This document shows, one piece after another, positions 1 through 11,782 of a stretch of DNA of 64,000 nt. The translations under genes and the position numbers were made by a program. Positions within the stretch are counted from its first letter, which is position 1, and every line of letters starts with the position of its first letter. The stretch lies in NCBI GenBank assembly GCA_964106645.2, contig OZ067040.1; one strand, written 5' to 3'. The stretch is from Podarcis pityusensis. Taxonomy: Eukaryota. The notes beneath the pieces are model-generated. The model made no database searches, was not told the DNA's origin, and saw nothing but the letters and a program-made list of their open reading frames with translations.

Positions 1-179
1 TGTTATTACATTAGGTGGCATAAAAACAGGGATCAGCTAGCAAAAATTGATTTTAGAAGTGCAACAAGAAGTTCCCTTTATGGAAAAGGGAAATTTCACG
101 AGTGGATAAATTCAGATTACAGTTGGACCCCACATGATTGTTCCTTACATTGAAGGCTAATGTATTTGGGTAATAATTT

Positions 180-378
180 TATCAATGGCTAATAAACACA
201 ACAGTTTCATGGAATCTCCATGTTCCAGGGAGTGACATTATGCCTCTGAATACCAATTGGTGGAGTACGAAAGATGGTGGTTTTCATGGCCTGCTTATGA
301 ACTTCAAAAAAATCTAGCTAGCCACCCTAGGGTTAGTTGGGCCCTTAGTTTGAATCAACAGAGCACTTATTACATTCA
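180..378 (+). mobile_element. Old CR1-type LINE 3' end fragment
   Basis: Resembles the squamate CR1 3' UTR (atcaatggct...cctctgaatacc...gggcccttagtttgaatcaacagagcacttatt); heavily diverged. Confidence 0.45.
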
Positions 379-861
379 TGTTGACAAAGTCTAGCATGCA
401 CAGACCCAATTATATCTATTAGAGACTTCAAACTATCTGACCTATATAGAGACAAATAATTCACAAATCACATCCAGTAGTCCTAGAGGTGGATGTGCAG
501 AATCCTGCTGCCCAATATATATAAATTATGCCTTACCAACATGTAATGACCCTTTTGTTTGAATAAAACAAATGGCTGTCCATTAGCAAGGTTCGCCATG
601 CCACTACATAAAACATTGGTGGCAGGGACACTAACATAGCGGCACAAAATGTGCTTTATGCTTACAATACAAAGGCACAAGTGCCCAGAATGCTACTAGT
701 TTGTAGGCCATGTACCAAGAGAGTTACAGATTACACTACTGTTATTTTTTACTTATTAAGAAATGTATGAAAACCATAACCCCCTCCAAAAAAACCACAA
801 CCTTCATTTTGAGCTGAGTCGATCATTATGAAGTAATCAGAAAATACAGAAAGTGTGGGAG

Positions 862-972
862 GTTATTATTTTTGTTTATTACTATGTAATGCATTTTTGT
901 GTTTTTATATTGTAAACCACTCTGTGATCCTTGGATGAAGAATGGAACAGAAATTTAATAGATAATAATAAT
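862..972 (+). mobile_element. L2-type LINE 3' tail ending in (TAA)n
   Basis: tgtaaaccactctgtgatccttggatgaagaatgg...aaatttaatagataataataata. The same tail motif recurs at ~44560-44632. Confidence 0.55.
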
Positions 973-978
973 ACTCAC

Positions 979-1090
979 ATTGTGTTCCTCGCTTGAACCA
1001 AACTAACAAATATATGATATTTTAACTGATTTTTACACCTCTTAAGGAAGGGTATTTGGACTATTTGAGGAGGCTGTCCATAGTGATTAC
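979..1090 (-). CDS. COQ3: COQ3 (ubiquinone biosynthesis O-methyltransferase) coding exon 2, poorly conserved N-terminal region
   Basis: Acceptor ctttacttctctctccccag and donor gtgagt. 112 nt, open in phase 1->2 continuing exon 1 ((C)NHYGQPPQIVQIPFLKRCKNQLKYHIFVSLVQARNT). Gene identity rests on synteny with PNISR/USP45; the methyltransferase exons lie off the left edge. Confidence 0.65.
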
Positions 1091-1449
1091 CTGGGGAGAG
1101 AGAAGTAAAGCAATTTTTGTTGTAAGCTTCCTGGCCCAACAATTTTTAAAACTGCTAAGAATCCCCAATACATCTGAGTTTCTAGCTGAACAGGTTAGCA
1201 CCTATTTTCTACAAACAATGGCTGCAAACGGTTGGCTCATCACTCCTTTTCTCCCTATTAGAAAGATATGTAACATTTTGGAGTTCTTTCAGCAGCATAT
1301 GTTTTGCATATTTCATAATTAGTCTCAGGAATCAGATTGTTTTAATCCAAAAGGGCAACCATGTGTTACCACAGTTATACATTAGTTATGTTTGTGACAC
1401 TGCTTTTTAAGGGGCTAAAACTACTACGTGCAAGAGCTCCTTTTCCCAT

Positions 1450-1785
1450 ATTAACACGCCATTGCTATAAGATCAGCAGATCAGGCACTCCTCATCTAAT
1501 ATGGTGCAAGAGTCAAGAAAAGGCCCTTTTTGGTGGTGGATCCTTGCACCCTGCGATCCTTGCACATGCATCTCGACTCATTTCTTTACAGATCCAAGTA
1601 GCTAGTAAATAGTTTTTCAGCGGACATTTGCGGGAGATGAGACCTGATTGTTGCTGTGATGAAAAACTGTTATTCAGTGATTTGTTGTATGTTTTTAATG
1701 GATTTGACATATCCTTATTTACTTGATTTTAAACCATCCTGTGGCCTGTACAAAGATGACAAAAATCATCTAAATAAATAAATAC
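1450..1785 (+). mobile_element. L2-like LINE 3' fragment
   Basis: aggccctttttggtggtgg motif, T-rich 3' UTR and (TAAA)n tail. Confidence 0.4.
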
Positions 1786-2619
1786 ACAAATACTGTCAGG
1801 AAAACTACCTCAATAGTGAAAGATCCACACCCTCACACTCCAGTGATAATTTCAATGCAAACTTAACATTCAATAGAATAAGCTAGTGACATGAGGATCA
1901 GACAACCTGGTTGGGGCTGTGAAAATTCATCCAAAGTTAGATGGCAAAGCTATTTACCCACTTCTACCACATTGGCAGCACACCCTAGCACCTTGCAAAA
2001 TTGCATAAGCAGCAAATCGAGATCCCTGTCCCCAAGGACCTTACAATCAACAGACAGCAGGGAAACACTACAATGGCAGGGGAGGCAAATGCCACGAAAA
2101 CTATCTAGAGCTTTGGCTGTAATCCGTGACAGTTGAAACAATGGGGTAAAAGGAAAAGTTAAGCTCACCAGGCATGAATGCAACAGGTGCTGTTTTCTGC
2201 TATTCTGCTATTGGTAGGGCTGTAAATGGTAGGGCTGTAAATGGTAGGGTTTTCCTAAACAAAAAAAACTCAGTAACTTCCAGGGTGTCCTGGTTTTTAC
2301 TTTTAGAAATATTGGCAGCCCTATGGGAGGAAGCCCCGCTTGATAGGGTTGCCGCCTGCCCGGTACAATACAGGATTGTCCCCTATTCCGATCTGAAATG
2401 CTGCGTCGTGTATTGATACACTTTTGTCTTCTCTCTCTTGCTCTCTCTCGTTAGGGATCCTCTCCAAATGCATGTGAAAGGTCCTGTATTTAAGCCAAGC
2501 ACAGACAGATTTACAAATCCATTTGTAGGGTGGGTGAGTGGGCGGGTGACCAATTCCAAAAGGATCGTCCTGGTAGGCTGCAGCAGATTGTAATTAAATG
2601 CTTTGAAGTCACTTCAGCA

Positions 2620-3150
2620 CCAGATTTGGGGGCGGGGGGGGGAATCGGCTCCCCAAGCCTTTTACCAGAGCAAAGGTGCCAATTCCGCAGGGATAACAAG
2701 GAGCCACCCAGCCGGAGATACGTGCGGAAGTAGCCCGTCAGCATGCAAGGACACCGAAGGTAGGGCAGGACCCCAAAGCCACGGCGAAGCGCAAAGGCTT
2801 ACTCACAGGAACTCAGGGCGCGCCGGCAAGCCGCCCAGCCTCCCGCCATCTCCCCGCGGAAGACCCACAGCCGCCTGGCCCGGCTGAGGCAGCCGCTCTG
2901 CCAGCCCTTCATGGCTCAAGCTGATCTCCGCGCGGTGCCACTCTCAGGCGGGGCTCCACCTCCCGGTCCCTGCACCTACCAATAGGGCTCGCCGTTTCCA
3001 GCCACAACCCGCGCTCAGCTTCCGGTTCCGGCGAGAAGAGACGCAGCTTTTAGGAATAGCGCCACGGTCATCCTGAAAGGCTGCTGGGGGAAACAGCCCT
3101 GCAGCAAAGTCAGACTGTAGCCCTGCTCGCGGGTGGCGAGGAAGCCGGTT
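2620..3150 (-). promoter_or_regulatory. CpG-island promoter of COQ3
   Basis: High GC/CpG density, GC box ggcgggg (~2947), CCAAT (~2979), tandem ETS-like cttccggttccgg (~3019-3031). Confidence 0.75.
2807..2912 (-). CDS. COQ3: COQ3 coding exon 1 (mitochondrial presequence-like)
   Basis: ATG at 2912 inside a CpG island. MKGWQSGCLSRARRLWVFRGEMAGGWAACRRALSS is Arg-rich and presequence-like. 106 nt ending at a gtgagt donor (2801-2806). Lies directly downstream of PNISR, as COQ3 does in other amniotes. Confidence 0.7.
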
Positions 3151-3159
3151 TTTTGAGCA

Positions 3160-3890
3160 CAGTTTATTTGTCAGTTTATTTAAAAAAAATATATTTATGT
3201 ACCGCTGTGTCATTAAAAAACAAACAAACCACACACACCCAAATCGGTTAGCAGCAATAAAACATAAAACCATACAATAAAAGACAAATAGGAAAAAGTT
3301 AAGAACACAGGCATCAATTAACTACTGTGGGAAGGATGCATTCTTAACTGTCTGCATAGGCCTGAATAAAGAAATTTACACCAAGGCTGACACAGAAGGA
3401 GCCTGCTGAATAATAGCAGATCATTCCACAGGACTGGGCAGATGACATCAAAGGTTCCGTTTGTTATTGTCCAAGGAGCCGCCCCAACTTGGGGAGTGAC
3501 AGACGATGCTCCTGCAGATGATCTCTGGGATATAAGGATTCAGGCAATTCCTGAGGTACCCTGGACCTAAATTGTTCTGGGCTTCGTAAATTAGTGCAAG
3601 AACCCTGAACCTGGTTCCATAGTAAGTGAGCAGTCAAAGCAGCTGTTTTAGCAATGGCATCACAGGTTCTTGGCCAGAAGCTTCTGTCAGCTGCATTCTC
3701 CACCCGTTGGGAGTTTCCAAACCAGACCAAGGGCAGGTCCACATAGAACACATTACAGTAATCCAGCCTCAAGGTTACCAATACATGTACAACAGCAGCC
3801 AAGCTATCCCTGTCCAGGAATAACTATAGTTGGTGAATCAGACAAAGCTGGTAAAAAGTTTAAAGAGGAGTGCTGTTTTAGGTCTTTCTC
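3160..3890 (-). mobile_element. L2 LINE 3' fragment (C-terminal RT region, degenerate)
   Basis: ORF 3464..3802 contains VHVLVTLRLDYCNVFYVDLPL, matching the L2 ORF2 motif (HAxVTSRLDYCNxLYxGLP). A-rich tail toward 3160. Confidence 0.8.
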
Positions 3891-5867
3891 AGCAATAATC
3901 AGTCTGTTATAGCCTTTCCTTATTGCAACATTTCAATATATATTTCGTAAAGTGGAGAATAAAATGGCTAGAGCAACAAATGTATATTTTACATTTGTAC
4001 AGTAGGCTAATTTCACCAGCCAAGCACTCGAGTGTGGCCTGGCTCCCAGACAGATGTTCCCTTCCTGCCTTTATGGTTTGCACGAGGGGAGAAAAAACTT
4101 CTGGTTGTTTACAATCTTCTACATGGGATGGTTCTCCGTGAGACCTTCAACCTCCAATAACTCTTCAGTTGTCTCTTCATTTAGCACAGAGAATAGACTC
4201 TTATCTAGGCAACCGTTTTGATTCCACGAGCACTGGAATAATTGGCAGGGTGTGTAAGAAAGGTGATGAAATTAAGTATAAGAAGGTAGGTAATTGATTG
4301 TATGGGCTGGTGATGACACAAGGCACTAAAATCTGAATAGGCCCAGACAGCCTCCTTCTCTCACTTCTTTGGATTCAAGTCAATATGTTTACCATATTCT
4401 GTAGAAAAATTAATTATAGCTCCAGTAAAGGAAACTCAATTTACTTAAAAACTCATTGTGACAACAAGTTTGGTTCCACCATTCTCTCTGTGATGTGTTA
4501 TACAGACCATTAAGTAAAACCTATGAACCTTTTACATAGGAAGAGTATGCTCTCTTTATTGGCATACAGACATTACTGAAATTCGTGCACTTGTGTGAAT
4601 GAAATTTCCATTGATACAGGGAGTGACAAATCCAGCTGGTGTAGTATATAAAAAGCTTCATGCACAATCTTGTTTACTTAACAAATAGAAGTCTAGTTTA
4701 AAAAGTGGATGCAGTAGATCATGGAAAGCTGTATTCCTCAGCACTTCATTTTAAAATAAATGGGAGCACTGAAAAAATATTTGCCCCCCATTTTAATTTT
4801 TGAACCCAATCTCTCAGATTCTTAGTTATCTAAAAATCAGTTTATCCTTAGAACTTGTTTCTCTTCTTTCGTTTAAAACTACAGTAGGTTGAATTCATGG
4901 AGAAAGGGATGGGAGGACTCTGGGCAACATAATTCTTTGGTGCAGTTCTTCTTATGCAGTTTACCTGGAAGACAAATCCTGCTGAATTTAATGGAACATT
5001 CCCAATTGCACATGCCATTGCATTCGTTAGCCATTTTTAAAGGGTATATTTAGTCAGCAGAATTATATTTAAAAACCAAAAAACATAATACTGAGAACCC
5101 CTCATCAGAATGTCTTATTTGACATTTTGAAGTTCCCAAGAAGTCACAATGTTTGTTGACAGTTGTTTGGGATGGGCAGGTTGTATTAATAGTTTACAAA
5201 TAAATGCCTGTTTTTACGAGTTCAGTTCTATCAGCCAAAAGACCATCTCTCTAGGTGGTTAATATGTTGGAAAAAGAAGTTTAAAAATTGTCTTGTTTTT
5301 TAAAGTGAAACCATATTTCTAGTAATAAGTTGCAAGACCAGACCTAGTTATTTTTATTAACCTTCTGTATCACAGAGTTATTTAACGGTTTCTAATGCAG
5401 AAGTTATAGAGTAATAAAACAAATGAATCCAAAATAGATTCTAGCTTCTTTAACCATATGAACCATTATAGAGTGTGCTTTTGAACACAGAAGTAGGATA
5501 TTGAGGAATAGAGTTTCAAAGCTACAAACTCACATCATACATGTTGTTTACTTGCACTTCACTACTATTTGTGCTTGGCTAATATTGGTATGTTGTACAA
5601 TAAGAATTATGCACATTTTAGTCACAGACAGTAGGATGATAATTCAATAAATGTTTTTTAAAAACAAAACCCTACAGTTCATTTTAACAATTCTTTTGCC
5701 CAGGGACTGACTGACCTTGAATTATCCAAGGAGGAAACTTAAAACACTGAGAAAATTTAAAACTGACAAACTGTTCAGTATTTTACAAAAGTGTATTGTA
5801 AGAAAAAAATAAGTAATTTAAAATAAATTAAAATACAAGAATTTAAACAAAAAATGAACTAAAGAAC

Positions 5868-5873
5868 TTTATT
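5868..5873 (-). terminator. Candidate PNISR polyadenylation signal AATAAA
   Basis: AATAAA on the minus strand followed by a long U-rich tract (5800-5860). Another AATAAA at 4555-4560 could give a longer UTR. Confidence 0.55.
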
Positions 5874-6177
5874 GACATCACAGTACATTCAATAGCAATT
5901 TTAAGAACATTACAGCTGAAAGAGAATGGCATATTTCATAGTCTTAGTAAGCACTACTAAGGAAAAATGTAAATACAAAGAAATCCTAGCAAGTACTTAA
6001 CTCCGAGCAGCGTTTCCCAAAAAATACAGCTATTTACAGATTATTTTTTTAAAAAGGAGGGTTCAGCTTTCACCTACACAGCCACAACTGTAGCCTCTAT
6101 AATGAGCCTCTATAATGAGACAAGCCCTTAAAAACTCATGGAATTTTTAAATCGTATGACTAGTGCCATATCATTCC

Positions 6178-6208
6178 TCAGCGTTTACGACGTGGAGGAG
6201 TCATTGAT
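6178..6208 (-). CDS. PNISR: PNISR alternative terminal coding exon (adds SMTPPRRKR*)
   Basis: Strong acceptor tccctttctctttatttttcag. A donor AG|gtagta overlaps the main stop (GT at 6467-6466). The spliced product reads ...KSRSR-SMTPPRRKR-TGA. Confidence 0.7.
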
Positions 6209-6463
6209 CTGAAAAATAAAGAGAAAGGGAGGGAAATTAAAGGGGAAAAGAACTATCAAAAAACACACACGTTAGGCTTAAAAACTTAAATTTTCTTAGT
6301 TGGAAATAAATGCTATCAAAGTCATTCCCATCCGCCCCCACCCCCACCCCACCGAGAATAATCTAAAGAAGTTAGCTTAACTTGTAAAATATATAGTTGC
6401 AGGCACGATGATGAACAAAAACAGAAATAAATGCATAAATCAAGCAAGATACTTAAAAGAATA

Positions 6464-7581
6464 CTACCTTGATCGTGATTTAGACTTGTGTTTGCGGCTT
6501 GCCTTCTTACCAGACCTTTGAGATTTCTCCACAGACCGCGACCGACTATGCTTTGCTTTCTTAGACTTCTTTTCTTTGCTGCTGCCTGGTGACTCAGAAC
6601 TGCTCCTTGTGCTAGATTCCGAACCTGAGTGCTTTTTGCTCTCTTTGGTAGAACTTTTCTTGCTTTCCTGCCTAGAATCATGCCTTAATGTTTTTGAGGA
6701 AACTGAATCGCTACGAGAGACCGTTCTTTCACTATCTCTTTTCCTCTTTAATCTCTCATCATGATTGCCAGCTTTACTGTCTTTTTCTTCTTTTCTCTGT
6801 TTCTCTTTGCGCTTCTCCTGGTCTCTCTCCCTCTCTCTGTTCTTTTTCTTGTCTTTTTCTAGGCTCCTGCTGCGTTCCTTTTTCCTCTCCTGAACTTTAC
6901 TATCGTGGCTGTGTTTGTGCCTGTTTCCACTTTCACTTCTACGCTGGTCCTCACTTTTACGCCTATCTCGACTCCCACTACGAGTGGAAAGGCTAGCAAG
7001 TCTATCCCTGGAGTGACTATCACTTCTACGCCTCTCCCAGTTTCGGTCATGGGAAGGACTACGATTTCGCCTCCTCTCCCCCCTGTCTGCACTCCTATGT
7101 CTACTAGATCTCCGCCTTTCTCTTACCTTGCCCCTACTCCTGCTCCTCTCTCTCCTGTTTCTGTGAGAATAGCTCCTGCTTCTGCTGCGCCTAACCTTAT
7201 GTGAAGGTGATCTACTGTGGCTACGCCTCTTTTTCCTTTTAGGGGAAGAAGAATGTGAAGAGCTGCGACTGCTGCCAGAGCTACTGCTATAGGATGAACT
7301 AGAGGCTGTGCTGCTGCTACTACTGCTGCTACTTCTGCTGTTGGCACTCGAACTACCACTGCTTGAACTTTTTGACCTACTCCTCCCTATTCTCTCTTTT
7401 TCTTTAACCTCTTTTTTGGGTTCAGCATCTGGTGTCATTTGCTTTGGAGATTTTTTCTTTTCACTGAACACATCCGCCTCCACCTCTTCTTTTGCATCCT
7501 CTGGTGGTGAACTGCTGTTTTGCTCTTTACTGGTGAGTTCACTCATCTCTTTAGCAATTTTCTCATTCTGGAGCTTTTCTT
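6464..7581 (-). CDS. PNISR: PNISR last major coding exon (Arg/Ser-rich domain)
   Basis: Acceptor ttttgcag. Encodes EEKLQNEK...SRKHKSKSRSR* with RS/SR dipeptide and Ser tracts, matching the PNISR C-terminus. 1118 nt, phase 1. Confidence 0.97.
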
Positions 7582-8419
7582 CTGCAAAAGTAAGTGGATA
7601 AAAGAAACAAATACAAAAATCATGCCAAGCTAGATGGCAGAGATACAAGAAATCTCTCCCTATCGTCCACTAATGGCCAGTGTATCAACAAGGCAGATTG
7701 GTATAACATTACTTCTTTTATATTACTTCTTTTCTGTAGCTATTTGAAAGTCAATGGAGCTTATTTACAAGTGAATATGAATTAGATTCGGCTGTTAATC
7801 ATCAACAATTCACTTTTTAATATGGTTTTGAAGCAAGTATATAAATGGAACCTAAACAATAATAACAATAAATATCTATGAAATATCTCTGTTGCCATGG
7901 GCAACTGTAAACTGGCAGTCTCATTGAATTCAGAGGAATCTTTGTAATATGTGTGCTCCTGGAATCTCTGTACTCTGGAAAGTGTGTTCCTTTCCCCAAG
8001 GATTTCTTCATGCTATAGCTAATTCTGCCTCTATTCTATCCAAAGATTCTAGCAGATTCTTTACCTGTTAAATTCTGGATGTGAGCCAGTCCTTGTGTAT
8101 CCAACTCTTAACAGGTAGATCTTAGGAATTACAATGGCCAAGGCCTCTGCTTATGAAATTTTACTATCTCTGTTATTGACAGAGGTGAGGTCACCTAAAG
8201 ATAAAACTATTTGGAGTTGTGAACCAGTATCAAAGGACAGAGAAAACCCCAAATTCCTCAGTTACCTGTAATGTACTCTATAGCTCAGGCTTGTGTACAT
8301 GGTGCATTATTCTGCGCTTGGCTCCCAGGTTGCAAGTTAGGGTACAAGCTGGCACATAAGTCTGAGAGGTTGGAAACCACTGCTGCTGTCGTCAATTCTG
8401 AACCAAACACACATCCTAC

Positions 8420-8590
8420 CTTCCAGCTGTTTCTCTAGCAATAGCTGCTGTTCTCTCTCCTTTCTCCAAAATGCTTCTTGTTTTTGCCTGATTCTGTGTC
8501 GCAGTTCCTCGTCATCAGTATCGGATGACTCAGAGCCTCTGTCGCTCCTCTCATCGTCACTGTCTCCTGATCCATAACCACCCAGTCCAC
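8420..8590 (-). CDS. PNISR: PNISR coding exon
   Basis: GGLGGYGSGDSDDERSDRGSESSDTDDEELRHRIRQKQEAFWRKEREQQLLLEKQLE. 171 nt, cag/gtagga boundaries. Confidence 0.96.
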
Positions 8591-9787
8591 CTGCGTGCAT
8601 AAAGCCTAGTCTATCACGAGGGAAGATTAATCCTGGTTCTTAATATTTCTGCAGGGCAAAGAGGAGAGTATATTGCCCATCTTTCACTTCTTCACTGAAG
8701 AAGCCACTTATTCTGGAGGAAGTGCCAAAGGTGGTTGACTGGATGTTCAAGGCCCACACATTTGACCTGCTGTTCAGTATCTGGTTTTACTTCTTCCGGA
8801 ATAGCTTGCCATGTTTTCCAGCAAGCAATCGCTATGGTTACATACTTTCCCGTTAAGTATATGGGTAAAAAAGCTCTTTACAGAGCCAGTACCAAATGCT
8901 TAGTGTACATCAGCAAGAGCATATACACAGGAGTGCAGTGCCTAAAACCTGTCCCTGAAGACATCTTTGCAATGATTTCAGCCAGCTTCAATATCCAGGG
9001 CTTTAAAAAGTCCCAAATGCCAATCAGTTTTCTACTGTTCAGAAAAGACTGTACATTAAAGAGGTACAGGTATGAAATAGGAATGGACTTCTCTTCCCCC
9101 AAAAGATAGATCTGGAAAAACTAACAAGACTAGCAGAAAGTAATACTGAACATCTGATACAGAAGCATTCTTACTTTCTTTTTATGTTCTCTTCAGTATT
9201 AGTTGACTAATACATTTAAGCTAACGTGTAAGAATTTGTTACTAGTAGTAAAAATATTTAATATAACAAGTTACTAAAATTGTATAATGTTACACTGATA
9301 TTTCAAACATTTTTTAAAAAACTATTACATCTCAGAATGTAATTCTGAATTTCATATCCAGCATATCCCAATATTACACTAACTGCTGGCTATGAGAACT
9401 CAAAACATACATTTGTTGTGTGGATTGCTGGCAGGACAAAACTGTAGATTTTTATGGGTTTCTCTTATCAAAGCACACACTAATAGCTGAATTAAAAACA
9501 GGAGAAAAATTCCTCCAAATTCACTTTATTTAGATACTGTAGTAGCTATCTGGTGCAAAACATTTCATTTACAGGACAGGCTTACATTATGCTTACAATG
9601 GAAATAACACCACTGTACAATTTTGTGTATTTCAATAGGTTTATTTGCAAGATAAGCCCTTTCTAAGAAACACAAAAGTTATCAGATGCTTGCCTATTGC
9701 ATGTTGGGCAGTTTCAATACATATTTAGAAATGCAAGCCAGAGCAATCTCCCCATTAAGTCCCTCTCAGAACTGGGAACATACTTAC

Positions 9788-9797
9788 CAAGTCCAGT
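9788..9797 (-). CDS. PNISR: Visible 3' end of a small PNISR exon (rest in N gap)
   Basis: act gga ctt g|gtaagt encodes TGL(G), the end of the conserved APAKQLAQSSALASLTGLG segment expected between the flanking exons. Confidence 0.85.
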
Positions 9798-9955
9798 NNN
9801 NNNNNNNNNNNNNNNNNNNNNNNNNNNNNNNNNNNNNNNNNNNNNNNNNNNNNNNNNNNNNNNNNNNNNNNNNNNNNNNNNNNNNNNNNNNNNNNNNNNN
9901 NNNNNNNNNNNNNNNNNNNNNNNNNNNNNNNNNNNNNNNNNNNNNNNNNNNNNNN
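9798..9955. other. Assembly gap (158 N)
   Basis: Run of N. Confidence 1.
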
Positions 9956-10504
9956 AGAAAAAACATTAAAAACGTAATCCATTGAAAACCCAGTTATTTT
10001 CTGGCCACGAATGTTTAGAAATTTAAACTGTGAATTAATAGTGGATAGATCAGTTTCTTATAGTTATACATTTCCAAGTTAATAAATTTCATCTGTAGAC
10101 AGAACTGTATATAATTATTTACTCACAACTATATGGAATAAAGCTGCCTATTTTCGTAAAAAGAAAATAGCTGGCTAACAGTGAAAGCAAAATCATTCAT
10201 AATTCAAGTATGCCCTAAGTTTTACTCAGCTAAATTTGAACTAGAATTATCTAAAATATGGAAACATTTAAAATAAATAAATGACATTCTATAGGAAAGA
10301 AATGGAATAACTGAAGTTAACTCACAATACACTGCACAGAACAATACACTGCACAGGACAATAGTATATGATTATTACAACTGAATTTTTGCAATTTTTC
10401 TTCCTTAACATACAGACTGCTTTTAGGTACAGATACTATGGATTTAAATGTTCTAGGACATGCAAAAGGATATTTAATTAAAGTACTAGAAAGCCTAAGC
10501 ATAC

Positions 10505-10604
10505 CTTTTATTGCTTTACGATGGGCATCTTTGGCCACGTAATATATTTCTTCATTTGTGACATCTAGGAGAATTTCTGTCAGCAGCATTTTTGTCAGCA
10601 ACAT
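10505..10604 (-). CDS. PNISR: PNISR coding exon
   Basis: MLLTKMLLTEILLDVTNEEIYYVAKDAHRKAIK. 100 nt, tag/gtatgc boundaries. Confidence 0.96.
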
Positions 10605-11782
10605 CTAAACAATTATAAATAAAAATCCCCAGTTCAAACACAATTCTCAGCAAACTCTTGCAATTCTATTCAGTTATTCAGGTTAGGAAGCATAATGGTT
10701 CCATTACCCATGATTTCTTGGAACTGCTGAAGAAAGCATTGGGCTCACACTATGCAACTGCTTACATGTTCAACCACAAGCAACGTACTTTAAAATGTAC
10801 CTATTTGTTCAGTATGCACAGCAGTTCACCTTTGCATTCAGTGATGTGTAGTCAAGTAATGAAAGCAGATGGAAACAGAGTTTGGGAGAGAAGAGCGCTA
10901 CAATCACATTTCACATACATCTTTTCTTCTCAGTAAGAGAATCCAGATCCTTATAGGAATCTGTTGATCCTATAAATCAAGAGCTTGAATTATCTAAAGT
11001 CTGCTCAAGCATTTATAAACCTTTGGGTATGTTATGTGTACCTAACTTGACTCTAGCCATTCTCTCCCCTTGCCATGCATCTTATATCAGCACCATATTA
11101 TTGATATCCAGTGTCGCTCTAGCCCATAATTTTACAAAATGTCCACTTTTTTTGCCCAAATTTGGTTCTATGTCCTTTCTCAAGCCGGTCATATGTGTAG
11201 TTAAATGCTGATGCTGGTTGTGTGGCTTTAAAGTTGGAGTTGACTGTCATCATATTAGGCTGTGCATACAACCATTTCGTTCTTGCCTTAATAGCTACTA
11301 GTGGAAGCACTAGCGGAGGCACAGAGAACTTGCTTGCTAACGGACTTGCTAGCTTTCTCTAGCTTAGCCCAAGGGGAACAGCTTTTCCTAATAACTAAGA
11401 GTGCAAATTTTAACTAATTAAGGACAGGTTGATTAAAGTTGTTTTTATTCAACTCAAAAAGGAATCCTTGCTTAATTTAAAAAATGTTTTTTAAGTAAGC
11501 ATAAACAGGTGACAGACACCATCTTTAAAGAGGCACCCCCTTCAATTATGTAAAGGAGGGAATGCCTCTCTAAAATTGCACTTGCTGCAAAATACATGTA
11601 CACGATCTAAAAACAGAGTTTTCTGCAAACTATTATTTTAGTCAAATGAATTTTAAAAAAAATTAATTAAATCAGCATTATTTGATAAACCAACTATGAT
11701 TTCTTTAAATAGAATGGCAGCCCTACTAATAAGCAAGCTCATACAGGCATGGCCAATGAAATGGTCCCAAACTCCTCCATAC

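Noticed and set aside
6322-7601. Multiple overlapping ORFs on both strands around the RS exon
   Set aside because: By-products of low-complexity Arg/Ser/Lys codon usage in the PNISR last exon.
9686-9985. ORFs spanning the N run
   Set aside because: Artefacts of translating through the assembly gap.
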